Shown in pieces: positions 63,928 through 64,000 of a stretch of DNA of 64,000 nt; the first letter of the stretch is position 1, and each line of letters opens with the position of its first letter. The position numbers and the translations under genes are program-made. Source of the DNA: Candidatus Methylomirabilota bacterium (lineage in GTDB: Bacteria > Methylomirabilota > Methylomirabilia > Rokubacteriales > CSP1-6); assembly GCA_036506275.1 (NCBI GenBank), contig DASXSB010000014.1:2402-66401 (forward strand), read 5' to 3'. The notes under the pieces were generated by a model. The model saw only the letters and a list, made by a program, of their open reading frames with translations, was not told the DNA's origin and searched no databases.

Positions 63928-63977
63928 GCGTCGAGGCCTGCAGTGATGGTCGCGGAAAACGCCGGAGCCCAACGTTC

Positions 63978-64000
63978 ATGAAGGTCGACGTCGAAACGCT
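63978..64000 (+). CDS. 5' end of a gene cut by the window edge (MKVDVET..), possibly trigger factor
   Basis: Only 7 codons are visible. The trigger-factor guess rests on the N-terminal pattern and the common tRNA-Leu/tig neighbourhood. Confidence 0.3.

Overview
Very GC-rich chromosomal segment. Codon third positions are almost all G/C, and long Arg/Pro/Gly-rich shadow ORFs appear in the non-coding frames. It most likely comes from a Gram-negative-type environmental bacterium; no finer taxonomic call is possible from this window. I can support about 60 protein genes, one frameshifted gene and one tRNA-Leu(UAG). I saw no rRNA, CRISPR array, transposase, integrase or phage genes. Gene calls rest on motifs read from the supplied translations, with start codons re-derived from the ORF-track arithmetic; many track ORFs carry spurious N-terminal extensions. 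Content in order: a DUF748/AsmA-like giant protein; trxA plus a zinc-ribbon/cyclase/AAA/TPR signalling protein; two VOC-type proteins; a CoxMSL-type molybdenum hydroxylase with a MoaD-like gene; a hybrid histidine kinase; a LigC/Prim-PolC-type DNA repair pair; a cNMP-binding thioredoxin-reductase fusion; a ModE-N/Mop/ModA/TupA cluster without permease genes; an ECF42-type sigma with a DGPF gene; a BNR-repeat/MoaD-like pair; an ECF sigma with a ZAS anti-sigma next to periplasmic copper and heme proteins; an RND efflux pair; an expanded chromate-resistance locus; a TPP enzyme; an esterase-cytochrome c fusion; an Ogt-AlkA fusion; a Liv-type ABC system with an embedded acyl-CoA ligase; a CDF transporter; a lipoprotein hydrolase/methyltransferase pair; and a small stress-protein cluster. 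The most interesting signals are three. (1) Two copies of a 37-bp promoter/operator module sit at 37113-37149 (minus) and 37811-37847 (plus). They tie a SOD-rhodanese fusion gene to a five-gene, translationally coupled chr operon (chrB, ornithine-cyclodeaminase-like gene, two chrA, and a ChrB-C-domain/LMW-phosphatase-like fusion). (2) At the left edge, an in-frame UGA is followed by a SECIS-like hairpin inside a MerB-like reading frame. (3) There are several unusual domain fusions and conserved-looking gene pairs of unknown function.
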